From Candidatus Woesebacteria bacterium (GTDB lineage: Bacteria; Patescibacteriota; Microgenomatia; UBA12405): a DNA stretch of 64,000 bases. Numbering within the stretch: position 1 is the first letter of the stretch; every line of letters starts with the position of its first letter. This document shows, one piece after another, positions 29,318 through 39,784 of the stretch. The stretch lies in the NCBI GenBank assembly GCA_035402805.1, contig DAONDY010000001.1:253672-317671 (forward strand), given 5' to 3'. The notes below the pieces were generated by a model. It searched no databases. It had not been told where the DNA came from and worked only from the letters and a program-made list of their open reading frames with translations. The position numbers and the translations under genes are program-made.

Positions 29318-30640
29318 ATGGCCGAAAATAATCAAAATGAATTAGTTAGTAAAATCGTCAGTCTTTGCAAAAGACGAGGAATAATTTTTCAAAATTCTGA
29401 AATCTATGGTGGTGTTCAAGGTTTTTACGACTACGGCCCAATTGGTTCTTTAATGAAACTTAACTGGAAAAATCTTTGGTGGAACGATAATATTACTCAT
29501 CGTCGCGATGTTGTTGGTATTGACGGTTCTATTATTACTCATCCAAAAGTTTGGGAAGCATCAGGTCATGTCAAAAATTTTGCCGATATTATGGTTGAAT
29601 GTAAAAAATGTCATAAAAGATTCCGCCCAGATTTATTGGAAGATTCGTCAAAATGCCCCGAATGTGGTGGTGAATTCACTACTGGTCGCAAATATAATAT
29701 TTTATTTGAAACTGAAATTGGTGTCATTGAAGGTGAAAAACAACATGCTTATTTAAGAGGGGAGGCTTGTCAAACTATTTATCTCGATTTTAAAAATATT
29801 GTTGACTCTTGCCGAGTTAAAATTCCTTTTGGTATTGCCCAAATCGGAAAAGCTTTTAGAAATGAAATCACTCCAAAAAATTTTTTATATCGCACCCGTG
29901 AATTTGAACAATGGGATATTCAATATTTTGTTCATCCGTCAGAAATGGAAAAATGGTATGAATATTGGAAAGAAAATCGTATGAATTGGTATAAAAAAAT
30001 ATTTAATAATCCAGATAATTTAAGATTTAGACAACATGAAAAAGACGAACTTGCTTTTTACGCTAAAAAAGCTTTTGATATTGAATATAATTCTCCCTGG
30101 GGTTGGGCCGAAATGGAAGGAATTCATTGGCGTTCCGATTATGATCTAACTCAACATTCTAAATTTAGTGGCCAAGATTTAACTTATATCGATCCAACTA
30201 CTCACGAAAAATACTTGCCTCATATAACTGAATGTTCTGGTGGTGTCGATCGTAGTTTCTTTTTTATACTTCTCGATGCCTACCATGAAGAAAAAACTGA
30301 ATCTGGCGAAATCAGAACCGTTCTTAAAATTAATCCTAAAATTTCCGCTTATAAAATGGCCATTCTCCCCCTTGCCGCCAATAAACCAGAACTTATTAAA
30401 AAAGCTGAAGATATTTTTGAAAAATTAAATGAAAAGTACTCGGTTGACTATGATGATTCCAGTAATATTGGCAAAAAATATCGCCGCCAAGATGAAATCG
30501 GTACTCCATGGTGTTTGGTTGTTGATTATCAAACAATGGAAGATGGCACCGTCAGTATTCGAGATCGTGATACTATGCAACAAATCAGAATTAATTCCGA
30601 TGAGGTTGACAGTTGGTTAGAAAAACAGTTAAATAAATGA
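29318..30640 (+). CDS. glyQS: glycine--tRNA ligase (dimeric class II type)
   Basis: N-terminal GIIFQNSEIYGGVQGFYDYGPIG and class II motifs. 440 aa. Confidence 0.9.
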   Translation: MAENNQNELVSKIVSLCKRRGIIFQNSEIYGGVQGFYDYGPIGSLMKLNWKNLWWNDNITHRRDVVGIDGSIITHPKVWEASGHVKNFADIMVECKKCHKRFRPDLLEDSSKCPECGGEFTTGRKYNILFETEIGVIEGEKQHAYLRGEACQTIYLDFKNIVDSCRVKIPFGIAQIGKAFRNEITPKNFLYRTREFEQWDIQYFVHPSEMEKWYEYWKENRMNWYKKIFNNPDNLRFRQHEKDELAFYAKKAFDIEYNSPWGWAEMEGIHWRSDYDLTQHSKFSGQDLTYIDPTTHEKYLPHITECSGGVDRSFFFILLDAYHEEKTESGEIRTVLKINPKISAYKMAILPLAANKPELIKKAEDIFEKLNEKYSVDYDDSSNIGKKYRRQDEIGTPWCLVVDYQTMEDGTVSIRDRDTMQQIRINSDEVDSWLEKQLNK

Positions 30641-30641
30641 T

Positions 30642-31346
30642 ATGAAAAAAATAACAATTATCTTGATTCCAATTATTTTTTTAGTTTTAATATTAATTTT
30701 TGTCCTTACCAAAACTAAAAAAACTACCATTAATATTCCAACTGAAACCAAAAAAACTTCTAAAGAAATCCAATTATCTGATGATGAAAAACCAGTTGTC
30801 AGCCTTATACCTCGAGTAGATGGACATAATTTAACACTTAAAATTACTAATATTCCCGACAAATTTACTACTGTTGATTACGAATTAATTTATACTGCTG
30901 AAGATGAAGGTTTAGAAATTGAAAAAGGCGTTAGCGGTACGGTTAAATTAACCGGTTCTGAATTAGAAAAAGATGATCTATTGTTGGGAACTTCTAGCTG
31001 TACTAATGGTTGTAAATATAAATATGACGAAGGAGTTAATGGTGGCACACTCACCTTAACTTTAACCACCTCTGATAAACAATATGTCAGTTATGAAACT
31101 CCTTTCACTTTAAAAAGTGCCACTAATCTCAATAAATCCAAAAAATTAACCTTAGATTCTGAGGGCTTAATCATTAATGGTACTGTCAATTCTAAAAATG
31201 ACTATTTTATAGTAATTAAGAATTTTAATTCTGTTTATTCTGTTTTTTCCAGTGGCAACGGTAAAGGTAAAATTACCTCGATTGAACCAAGCACTGTCAC
31301 TAAAACTGATTTAACATCAATAGTTGGTGATTATATTTCTAAATAA
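30642..31346 (+). CDS. hypothetical membrane-anchored extracytoplasmic protein
   Basis: N-terminal TM helix, Thr/Gly-rich beta-like body, no recognisable domain. Confidence 0.4.
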   Translation: MKKITIILIPIIFLVLILIFVLTKTKKTTINIPTETKKTSKEIQLSDDEKPVVSLIPRVDGHNLTLKITNIPDKFTTVDYELIYTAEDEGLEIEKGVSGTVKLTGSELEKDDLLLGTSSCTNGCKYKYDEGVNGGTLTLTLTTSDKQYVSYETPFTLKSATNLNKSKKLTLDSEGLIINGTVNSKNDYFIVIKNFNSVYSVFSSGNGKGKITSIEPSTVTKTDLTSIVGDYISK

Positions 31347-32218
31347 TGGATTTTCATATTCCAGTTTTATCTGCCGAAATTATCGATTTTTTTGATATTC
31401 AAAAAGGTAAAATTTACATTGACGGCACTCTTGGTCACGGAGGACATGCTCTTGAAATTCTTAAAAAAGGCGGAGTTGTTTATGGTATAGACCAAGATCC
31501 TCAAAATTTAAAAATCGCTACCAATCGCATTAAAGAAGCCGGTTTTGAAAATCAATTTTTTCCTATACATAACAATTTTAATAAACTGGAAAATATTGTA
31601 AAAAATAAGATTAAACAAAAAATTGACGGCTTGATCATTGATTTAGGGTTGAGTCAAAATCAACAAACCAATCAGGGAAGGGGATTTTCTTTTAACGATA
31701 AGATATCTTTAGATATGCGCCTTGACACTCAAAAACAAGAATTAACTGCCGAAAATATTATTAATACCTACGACTACAACGAACTTTTTGAGATTTTTAG
31801 TAAGTATGCTCAAGAAGTTTATGCTAAACCAATTATTTTAAAAATAATTAGTGAACGTCAAAAATCACCCATTAAAACAGCCACTAAATTAGCTGATATC
31901 ATCCGAGATTTTTATAAAAATCATCACCTTAAATCAAAAATAGATCCTAGTACTAAAATTTTTATGGCCCTTCGAATCGTAGTTAACGATGAATTTGAAA
32001 ATTTAAAAAAACTACTTACTCAAAGCCTAAAAGTTGTTAAAAAAGATGGAAAAGTTTGTATTATCACCTTTCACTCTGGAGAAGACCGTATTGTTAAGTT
32101 GTTTTTAAATCAAAACCCTTTATGTTTAGCCCAAAAACCAATCAAACCTTCTTTTGAAGAAATAAAATATAATCCACTCTCTCGCTCAGCCACCCTAAGA
32201 TCGTATAGAATAGTATAA
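31346..32218 (+). CDS. rsmH: 16S rRNA (cytosine1402-N4)-methyltransferase
   Basis: HIPVL ... DGTLGHGGHA motif at the head of a dcw cluster. Confidence 0.9.
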   Translation: MDFHIPVLSAEIIDFFDIQKGKIYIDGTLGHGGHALEILKKGGVVYGIDQDPQNLKIATNRIKEAGFENQFFPIHNNFNKLENIVKNKIKQKIDGLIIDLGLSQNQQTNQGRGFSFNDKISLDMRLDTQKQELTAENIINTYDYNELFEIFSKYAQEVYAKPIILKIISERQKSPIKTATKLADIIRDFYKNHHLKSKIDPSTKIFMALRIVVNDEFENLKKLLTQSLKVVKKDGKVCIITFHSGEDRIVKLFLNQNPLCLAQKPIKPSFEEIKYNPLSRSATLRSYRIV

Positions 32219-32219
32219 G

Positions 32220-32477
32220 ATGTTTAACAAACCATTCTTTATAATTCTCTTTATTCTCATCGCCAGTCAAATTCTTTTTTCTTTCTATTACTCTAGCGAG
32301 ATTATCAATCAAAATAATATTATCAATCAAAACCAAACAACCCTTCAATCTTTAAAAATAACCAATCAAGAATTAGAAAAACAACTAACTTCGCTAACAT
32401 CTTTGAATCAAATTCAATTTTTGGTTGATCAAAAAAATTATATAAACTTAAAAGAAACTCTTAACCTTCAAAATTAA
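32220..32477 (+). CDS. FtsL-like cell division protein (TM helix + coiled coil)
   Basis: 85 aa, N-terminal TM and Q/L-rich coiled coil, positioned between rsmH and ftsI. Confidence 0.5.
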   Translation: MFNKPFFIILFILIASQILFSFYYSSEIINQNNIINQNQTTLQSLKITNQELEKQLTSLTSLNQIQFLVDQKNYINLKETLNLQN

Positions 32478-32478
32478 A

Positions 32479-34128
32479 GTGATAAATCAAAGATCTAAAA
32501 TATTATCTATTGCCTTAACTTTTTGCTTCATCTTAGTTTCATCGCGTCTTTTTTATTGGCAAATAATAAAAGGACCAGAGCTAAGGGAAAAAGCTCAAAA
32601 CCAAGCTTATAAACTAGAAAAAATAATACCAGAACGAGGGAAAATATATTCATCAGATAATTTTCCCTTGGTTTTAAACCAAACCACCTATCAATTATCA
32701 ATTTATAAACCAAATCTTAAAGACAGCCTAGACGAAGTCATCGATAAAATAGAGCAAAATTATCCTAACTTTAAACTTGAAAATAATATTTCCATTGATA
32801 AATTTAAAAACAATCCAAATCAAAAATGGATTACTTTTAACTCGTTTTTTAGTGATAGCCAAAAAAAACAACTAGAAATCCCTGGGCTTGAATTTCAAAA
32901 AATAGCCAAAAGATATTATCCAGAAAATTTAATGGCCAAGGATATTCTCGGAATAATAAGTAAAGATTATCAAGGATCACCAGTTGGTTATGGTGGATTA
33001 GAAGCTTTTTATCAAAAACAGCTAAAAGGAAAAACTGGGTTCGTTTGGGCCCCACAAGATGCCACTGGCAAAACCATTTTAAACAAAAAAAGTTGGAGCT
33101 CTGAATCAATAAATGGTAGAGATATTTTTACTTCTATTAATCGAAGTGCTCAATTTTATGTTGAAAAACTATTACAAGAGGGTATAGATAAATATTCCGC
33201 CGACTCTGGTTCTATCACCGTTATGGAACCAAAAACCGGAGCCATTTTAGCTATGGCCTCTTTAACCAGTACTAGCTCCGCTACTATCAGTTCGATTAGA
33301 AATCCGGCTATTTCCGACCTTTTTGAACCAGGATCAATTTTTAAACCCATTGTTGTGTCTATGGCTCTAGATAATAAATCTATAAATACAGATTTTATCT
33401 GTAGCCAATGTCATCAACCTAACGTTATTGGTAAGTACTTTATCAGCAATTGGGATAATGAATTTCATCCTAACTCCAGTCTTCAAGATATTATTAAAAA
33501 TTCGGATAATATCGGTATGAGTTATATAATCGAAAAACTCGGAAAAGATGATTTTTTGAAATACTGTCAGAAATTAGGACTCAACCAAAAAACTGGAATT
33601 GATCTTCAAGGAGAAGCTAAACCGTCTTTAAAAACTGAATGGCCTGAAATCGACCTAGCTACCGCTTCTTTTGGTCAAGGAATTGTTGTTACTCAAATCA
33701 ACATGCTTCAAGCTTTTAATACCATTGCTAATAATGGTGTCTTGGTTAAACCAAAAGTTGCTAATTATTTTACAGAAGGGGATAAAATCATAAAAAATAA
33801 GAACCAGACCGAGACAAAAGTATTTAGCGATCAAACTATCACCGATGTTAAGGCAATTCTAAAATATGCTGTTGAAAATGGTGTTGTTTCACAATTTAAG
33901 CCAAAGAAACTAGAAGTTTGTGCTAAAAGCGGTACCGCTCAAATAGCTATTGGAGGAAAATACACCGATTCAAAAACTATTGCTTCATATATAGGATTTT
34001 CGCCTTGTGACAATCCTAAATTCACCATGATTGTCACCATTAATAATCCCAAAACTTCTCCCTGGGGATCAAGTACCGCCGCTCCAATTTGGTACGAATT
34101 AGCGTCAAAACTAAACGATTTGTTATAA
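32479..34128 (+). CDS. ftsI: peptidoglycan D,D-transpeptidase (class B PBP, FtsI-like)
   Basis: N-terminal TM, SxxK-region (SIFKPI), KSGTAQ (KTG-type) motif, dcw context. Confidence 0.85.
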   Translation: MINQRSKILSIALTFCFILVSSRLFYWQIIKGPELREKAQNQAYKLEKIIPERGKIYSSDNFPLVLNQTTYQLSIYKPNLKDSLDEVIDKIEQNYPNFKLENNISIDKFKNNPNQKWITFNSFFSDSQKKQLEIPGLEFQKIAKRYYPENLMAKDILGIISKDYQGSPVGYGGLEAFYQKQLKGKTGFVWAPQDATGKTILNKKSWSSESINGRDIFTSINRSAQFYVEKLLQEGIDKYSADSGSITVMEPKTGAILAMASLTSTSSATISSIRNPAISDLFEPGSIFKPIVVSMALDNKSINTDFICSQCHQPNVIGKYFISNWDNEFHPNSSLQDIIKNSDNIGMSYIIEKLGKDDFLKYCQKLGLNQKTGIDLQGEAKPSLKTEWPEIDLATASFGQGIVVTQINMLQAFNTIANNGVLVKPKVANYFTEGDKIIKNKNQTETKVFSDQTITDVKAILKYAVENGVVSQFKPKKLEVCAKSGTAQIAIGGKYTDSKTIASYIGFSPCDNPKFTMIVTINNPKTSPWGSSTAAPIWYELASKLNDLL

Positions 34129-34139
34129 TTAAACACCAA

Positions 34140-35456
34140 ATGATTCAAAAACTTAAAAATATTTTTATTCATCTACCAAAAAGTATTTTTTACAATTTCT
34201 ATTACGGTTTTCCCTCAAAAAAACTAACTCTCATCGGAGTTACTGGTACAGATGGCAAAACCACCACCTGCACCCTAATTCATGAAATTTTAAAACAATC
34301 TGGCCTAAAAACAGGATTAATTACCACTATTGGAGCCAAAGTTGAAGACCGGGAAATCGATACTGGTTTTCACACTACTACACCAGATCCATCTTTACTT
34401 CAAAAAATTTTGGCCGAAATGGTTAAGGCCGGTATGACTCATGTTGTTTGTGAAGTTACTTCTCACGCTCTTGATCAATATCGTTTTTTAGGTTGTCAAT
34501 TTGAAATTTCTGGAATTACTAATACCTCTCACGAACATCTTGATTATCATAAAAATTTAACCAATTACATCAACACTAAAGCCAAGTTATTTTCTATATC
34601 AAAAAGTGCTGTTTTAAATAAAGACGATCAATCCTTTGAAATTATTAAAAAACAAATTAAAACTCCCTTTAAAACATTTAGTATTAAAGAAAATTCCGAT
34701 TATCAAGCCAAAAAAATTAAGTTAGATCAAAATCTACTTAACTTTGAAGTCAACGATCAAAAATTTACTACCGATAGTAATTATGAATATCAAATTTACA
34801 ATATTCTTTTAGCTTTAGCCATTTGCCAAAAATTAAAAATTGATTTAAGTCTTGTTCAGAAAACCATAGAACATTTTCCTGAAACTAAAGGTCGTCGAGA
34901 AGAAATTCCAAATGATTTTAAATTTAAAACTATTATCGATTTTGCCCACACTCCTTTTGCTTTGGAAGCCTCACTTTCATCACTTAGAAAAATAGATAAA
35001 GGTAATCTTATTGTTATTTTTGGTGCCACCGGAGGACGAGACCAAAGCAAACGCCCTGAGATGGGTAAAGTTGTTTCTAAACAAGCTAATATTGCTTTTA
35101 TTACCGCCGACGATACTCGAAACGAAAAAATAGAAGATATTAATAAACAAATAATTAGCGGAATTGACCCCAAAAAATCAGAGTTGATCGATTATCAGGA
35201 AATAAAAAACAAAAAACAAATTCAAAATATAATTGAATTATCAAAACAAAAATTTATTTATTTTAATATTCCTAATCGGCAAGACGCTTTCAATCTAGCT
35301 ATAAAATTTGCCCAACCACAGGACATTGTTATTGCCTGCGGTAAAGGTCACGAAACCACTATTCTTCACGGCCGCACTGAATATCCCTGGTCAGAAGCCG
35401 AAGCTTTCAGAACCGCTTTTAGACTTAAAAAATTAAATAAAAATGGCTCAATTTAA
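34140..35456 (+). CDS. murE: Mur ligase, MurE-like (UDP-MurNAc-L-Ala-D-Glu:diamino acid ligase)
   Basis: GVTGTDGKTTT P-loop and Mur-ligase middle/C domains. Start moved to ATG 34140 just after the ftsI stop. Position after ftsI. Confidence 0.75.
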   Translation: MIQKLKNIFIHLPKSIFYNFYYGFPSKKLTLIGVTGTDGKTTTCTLIHEILKQSGLKTGLITTIGAKVEDREIDTGFHTTTPDPSLLQKILAEMVKAGMTHVVCEVTSHALDQYRFLGCQFEISGITNTSHEHLDYHKNLTNYINTKAKLFSISKSAVLNKDDQSFEIIKKQIKTPFKTFSIKENSDYQAKKIKLDQNLLNFEVNDQKFTTDSNYEYQIYNILLALAICQKLKIDLSLVQKTIEHFPETKGRREEIPNDFKFKTIIDFAHTPFALEASLSSLRKIDKGNLIVIFGATGGRDQSKRPEMGKVVSKQANIAFITADDTRNEKIEDINKQIISGIDPKKSELIDYQEIKNKKQIQNIIELSKQKFIYFNIPNRQDAFNLAIKFAQPQDIVIACGKGHETTILHGRTEYPWSEAEAFRTAFRLKKLNKNGSI

Positions 35457-36036
35457 CTTAAAAAATACCAAAAGTATTGAAGAAAATTATCAAAGCGGAC
35501 TTTTACCTCAAAGGAATGATAAAAATTCCTTTTACTTTCAAACGAGCAGTCGTTCTAATTTAGAAAATTTTAATCTTAGTTCAGAAAATCGCCGAATATT
35601 ACGAAAAACCGAAAATTTCACTTTCGAGAAAAAAAGCCTTAATGATTTTGACTATAATTTTAAAGTTCAAAAAGACATAGCTGGTTGGATAAAAAATCTA
35701 TCTTGGAATTTTCCCGTTAGCTCCGTCAAAAATGTTTTTAAAAATCATATTTTTAATTATCTATACATTTGGAAAGACGAAAAAAACGAAATTATTGCCT
35801 ATTCTTTGTGTTATTTTTCAAAAAATATCAGTCACATTGCTTATGTTTTTTATAATCCTGCCCTTGCTAATAGCAATTTACCAATTAGGCTAGTACTTCA
35901 AGCTATTATTGATAGTCAAAAATTAGGTTTAAAATATTGTTATCTCGGTCGTTTCTCCTTAGAATCCGGTTATTATAAAAGAAATATGCCTGGTTTTGAA
36001 TATTTTAAAGATAATAATTGGGTTACACTTAATTAA
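35443..36036 (+). CDS. GNAT-fold aminoacyl-tRNA-dependent transferase-like protein (ATE/Bpt C-terminal-like or Fem-like)
   Basis: C-terminal YCYLGRFSLESGYYKRNMPGFEYF...W resembles the ATE_C/Bpt LGYW..S.KM.YK..F.P.E pattern. Embedded between two Mur ligases. Confidence 0.4.
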   Translation: MAQFNLKNTKSIEENYQSGLLPQRNDKNSFYFQTSSRSNLENFNLSSENRRILRKTENFTFEKKSLNDFDYNFKVQKDIAGWIKNLSWNFPVSSVKNVFKNHIFNYLYIWKDEKNEIIAYSLCYFSKNISHIAYVFYNPALANSNLPIRLVLQAIIDSQKLGLKYCYLGRFSLESGYYKRNMPGFEYFKDNNWVTLN

Positions 36037-36039
36037 TAT

Positions 36040-37413
36040 ATGCACATCCATATTCTAGGCATCGCTGGTACGATGACCGCTCCTTTAGCCGTCGCCTTAA
36101 AAAAGGAAGGACACTTAATCACTGGTTCTGACCAAGAAAAAATTTATCCGCCTGTCAGTACTATTTTAAAAAAATCTAATATTAAAATTAATTCTCAAAA
36201 AATTGATTCTACTATCGATTTGGCCATAATTGGCGGATCATACTCCAGTTTTCAAAAAACCAAAGAAGAATTTGAGCAAATTAAAAAACTTAAAATTAAA
36301 TATATATCCGCAAGTGAGTTTATAGCTCAAAAATTAATTAAAGAAAATTCTGTTTTAATTGCCGGAACATATGGAAAAACTACCATCACTTCCTTAGTTT
36401 CCTGGATCTTTTGTCAATCAAATTTTAATCCAAATTATATGTTTGGAGGCGAAGCCATTAATCACTTTCCCTCTACCAATATTTCTTCGTCAAATTGGTC
36501 TGTAGTTGAAGCCGATGAATCAATTCACGGACTCGACAACCAAGCTAAATTTTTGTATTACCCAGTTAAGTTCTTAACATTAACTAGTGCTGATTGGGAA
36601 CACAAAGACTCATATTCCACAGAAATTGCCAATTTTAATGCTTTTAAAAAACTCATAACCAATGTTCCAGAAAATGGATTTTTACTCGTCAATTCTAAAG
36701 GTTTTCAAACTAAAGAGTTAAGCCTTTATTCTAAAACAAGAATAATCACATATAACTCATCAAATTCGGACTACTATCTAAAACATATAAAAATAAAAAA
36801 GAGTTATTCTGTTTTAAATATCAGAACCCCCAGAAATATTATTGAAATCAAAACTAAATTAATAGGTCAATTTAATTTTGAAAATATTCTAGCAGCAGTC
36901 GCTCTAACCGACAGTCTCAATATTAATCAAACTATTATCAAAAAGGCCATTTTCAATTTCAAGGGAATTAAACGCCGAATTGAAAAAATTTATGACCAAA
37001 ATAAAATTACCATCTTTGATGATTTTGCCCAATCTTCAAATAGAATTAAATCTACATTAGAAAGTATTAAATCTCATTTTCCCAAAAGAAATATAAAAAT
37101 TCTTTATCAACCTCATGCTTCCTTTATTCAATATAAAGAAAGCTTAAAAGATTTTAAAAACGCTTTCTCCTTAGCTTCTGAAATTGTTTTATCAAAAATA
37201 AATTACAACCATAACATTGATAAAAACAACCGCACTACTGCCAAAGATTTTAGAGATATTATCGGTTCAAAATTAGTTTATATACCGATAGACGAAGACA
37301 TTATTAATTTTTATAAACAAAACCTCAAATCTGGCGATATTTTAATAAATATGAGTTCTGGCGGTCTTAATGGAAACAACATTGTCAAATCTGTTATTAA
37401 TTATTTAAAATAA
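36040..37413 (+). CDS. Mur ligase of the MurC/Mpl subfamily (Mpl-like N-terminus)
   Basis: MHIHILGIAGTMTAPLA...GSD...YPPVST (Mpl/MurC-type N-domain) and a GTYGKTT P-loop. Confidence 0.75.
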   Translation: MHIHILGIAGTMTAPLAVALKKEGHLITGSDQEKIYPPVSTILKKSNIKINSQKIDSTIDLAIIGGSYSSFQKTKEEFEQIKKLKIKYISASEFIAQKLIKENSVLIAGTYGKTTITSLVSWIFCQSNFNPNYMFGGEAINHFPSTNISSSNWSVVEADESIHGLDNQAKFLYYPVKFLTLTSADWEHKDSYSTEIANFNAFKKLITNVPENGFLLVNSKGFQTKELSLYSKTRIITYNSSNSDYYLKHIKIKKSYSVLNIRTPRNIIEIKTKLIGQFNFENILAAVALTDSLNINQTIIKKAIFNFKGIKRRIEKIYDQNKITIFDDFAQSSNRIKSTLESIKSHFPKRNIKILYQPHASFIQYKESLKDFKNAFSLASEIVLSKINYNHNIDKNNRTTAKDFRDIIGSKLVYIPIDEDIINFYKQNLKSGDILINMSSGGLNGNNIVKSVINYLK

Positions 37414-37416
37414 TCT

Positions 37417-38745
37417 ATGTCTAGATATATCATAACCGGTGGTAATCAACTTAAAGGCGAAGTCTCTATTAGAGGCGCTAAAAACGCTAGTTTTAAACAA
37501 ATAATTGCCTCAATGTTGACTAATAAAACTGTTTCATTAAATAATATTCCTCAAATATCTGATGTAAAAATAACTTTAAGCATTGCTAAAAGTCTTGGTT
37601 GCCAAGCAAAACAAATAGGTGAACATTGCCTTGAATTAACTACTCCAAAAATAAATAAATCAATTGTTCCCAGTGGTACTGGAGAAAAATCTCGAACCTC
37701 TTTTATGTTTGTAGCTCCGCTTCTGGCCAGAACTGGTACTGCCACAATTCCATCACCAGGAGGGGATAAATTAGGCAACCGACCTCTCGATCGTCTTTTC
37801 GATTGTTTTTCTCAAATGAATATAAAAACTTCTGAAAAAGAAAACGAAATTACTTTCAACACCGACAAAATCATTGGGACTCATTACACTTTTACTAAAC
37901 CGTCACATACTGTTACTGAAGTAATTATTATGACTGCTGTTTTAGCCCAAGGTGAAACAATTATTGATAATGCTGCTCTAGAACCAGAAATTGATGATCT
38001 TATTTTAATGTTAAATGAAATGGGAGCCAAAATTGAAAGAGATCCATCCAATAACAAAAGAATTACCATCCAAGGCGTTTCTTTATTAAACGGAACTGAA
38101 CACAGCGTAATTTGCGATCGAAACGAAATTGTCACTTTCGCTTGTGCCGCTTTAGCCACCAAAGGTTCTATCTGCATTCTTAGAATAAAACCAGACGTAG
38201 TCAAAACATTTTTAGACGTTATAAAAAAAATGGGGGCCGAAGTTAAAGTTGGTAATGATGAAATCTGTATTCAATGGGTTAAACCATTAACTAATATAGA
38301 TATCGAAACTGGTCCAGAACCTATGTTTATGACCGATTGGCAAGCCATCTTTACTGTTCTATTGACCCAAACTGTAGGGTGTAGTTCACTTATTGAAACA
38401 GTTTTTCCAAATAGATTTCAACATATTGAAAATCTCAAAAAAATGGGTGGAAAATTCAATTTCTTTAATCCACCTGTTAAAGATCCAGATAATTATTATC
38501 AATTCAATAAAGAAAGTGATAATCCTCAATACTTCCACGGTGTAAAAATATATGGACCAACCATGCTTAAACCAGCCAACTTTGTTATTAGTGACCTTCG
38601 AGCCGGAGCTTCAGCTACTGTTGCCGCTCTAACAGCTCAAGGAAAATCAATTATTGATGGAGTTGAATACATAGAAAGGGGATATGAAAAATTAGCTGAA
38701 CGTCTTTCTTCTTTAGGTGCTAACATAGAATATATAAAAACGTAA
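37417..38745 (+). CDS. murA: UDP-N-acetylglucosamine 1-carboxyvinyltransferase
   Basis: IRGAKNASFKQIIASMLT N-terminus and two-domain EPSP-like architecture. 442 aa. Confidence 0.9.
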   Translation: MSRYIITGGNQLKGEVSIRGAKNASFKQIIASMLTNKTVSLNNIPQISDVKITLSIAKSLGCQAKQIGEHCLELTTPKINKSIVPSGTGEKSRTSFMFVAPLLARTGTATIPSPGGDKLGNRPLDRLFDCFSQMNIKTSEKENEITFNTDKIIGTHYTFTKPSHTVTEVIIMTAVLAQGETIIDNAALEPEIDDLILMLNEMGAKIERDPSNNKRITIQGVSLLNGTEHSVICDRNEIVTFACAALATKGSICILRIKPDVVKTFLDVIKKMGAEVKVGNDEICIQWVKPLTNIDIETGPEPMFMTDWQAIFTVLLTQTVGCSSLIETVFPNRFQHIENLKKMGGKFNFFNPPVKDPDNYYQFNKESDNPQYFHGVKIYGPTMLKPANFVISDLRAGASATVAALTAQGKSIIDGVEYIERGYEKLAERLSSLGANIEYIKT

Positions 38746-38749
38746 TTTT

Positions 38750-39784
38750 ATGATGCATTTATATCTTGGTTTATTACTTTTTTCTTTTTTAATCACTAGT
38801 ATTTTAGTTGTTCCTTTTATTAATCTTCTCTATAAACTTAAGTTTCAAAGACAAATTCAAAAAACTACCGACTTCCAAAATAAAAGAACCACTATTTTTG
38901 ATAAATTTCACAACCAAAAATCTGGCACTCCTGTTGGTGGCGGTCTTCTGATAATAGTCTCAGTTTGTTTAATGTTTATAATTCTTTTCCCCATACTTAA
39001 ATTCTCCAGAATCTTTATTTCCTCCAACTACAATATAGAGAACGAATTATTTATTCTCTTTTTTACCTTTATAAGCTTTGGATTATTAGGACTTTATGAC
39101 GACATCTATAAATTTTTCGGATTTAAAAAAACTGGCTTTTTCGGCTTGAAGATGGTCCACAAATTTATATTACAAATATTGATCTCTTTAGTTATTTCTT
39201 TAATGATTTATTTTAAACTTAAGATCGAATTCATTTATATACCCTTTTTAGGTCCCATTCACTTAGGATTTTTCTTTGTTCCTATTTCAACTGTTATTAT
39301 CACCGGTTTTGCTAATTTCTTTAATATAAGTGACGGCCTAGACGGGCTTTCTTGTGGATTATTAATGATTGCCTTATTTTCATTTTGGATTTTAGCCAGC
39401 AACTCTTTAGACACCGTCATTTCTTCTTTTCTGGCACTTTGGATTGGTGCTCTAATCGCTTTCTTGTATTTTAATGTTTATCCAGCCAGAATCTGGCTTG
39501 GCGATGTTGGCTCACTTTCCTTTGGAGCCACTTTTGCGGTCATTGCTCTTTTATTAGGAAAAATAGTCCCCTTAATAATTGTTGGCTCACCCTTCATTAT
39601 TGAAGGTATGTCCAGTGCTATTCAGCTAATTAGTAAAAAATATTTTAAAAAGAAAATTTTTCCAGCCGCTCCGCTTCATTTAACCCTTCAAAGTATTGGT
39701 TGGGAAGAACCAAAAATAGTTATGCGTGCTTGGTTGGCTGGAATTATATTAGCAATCTTTGGATTATGGCTGGGAATAAATTAG
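38750..39784 (+). CDS. mraY: phospho-N-acetylmuramoyl-pentapeptide transferase
   Basis: DD.YKF, NFFNISDGLDGL and C-terminal HH-like motifs. 10 TM helices. Confidence 0.9.
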   Translation: MMHLYLGLLLFSFLITSILVVPFINLLYKLKFQRQIQKTTDFQNKRTTIFDKFHNQKSGTPVGGGLLIIVSVCLMFIILFPILKFSRIFISSNYNIENELFILFFTFISFGLLGLYDDIYKFFGFKKTGFFGLKMVHKFILQILISLVISLMIYFKLKIEFIYIPFLGPIHLGFFFVPISTVIITGFANFFNISDGLDGLSCGLLMIALFSFWILASNSLDTVISSFLALWIGALIAFLYFNVYPARIWLGDVGSLSFGATFAVIALLLGKIVPLIIVGSPFIIEGMSSAIQLISKKYFKKKIFPAAPLHLTLQSIGWEEPKIVMRAWLAGIILAIFGLWLGIN

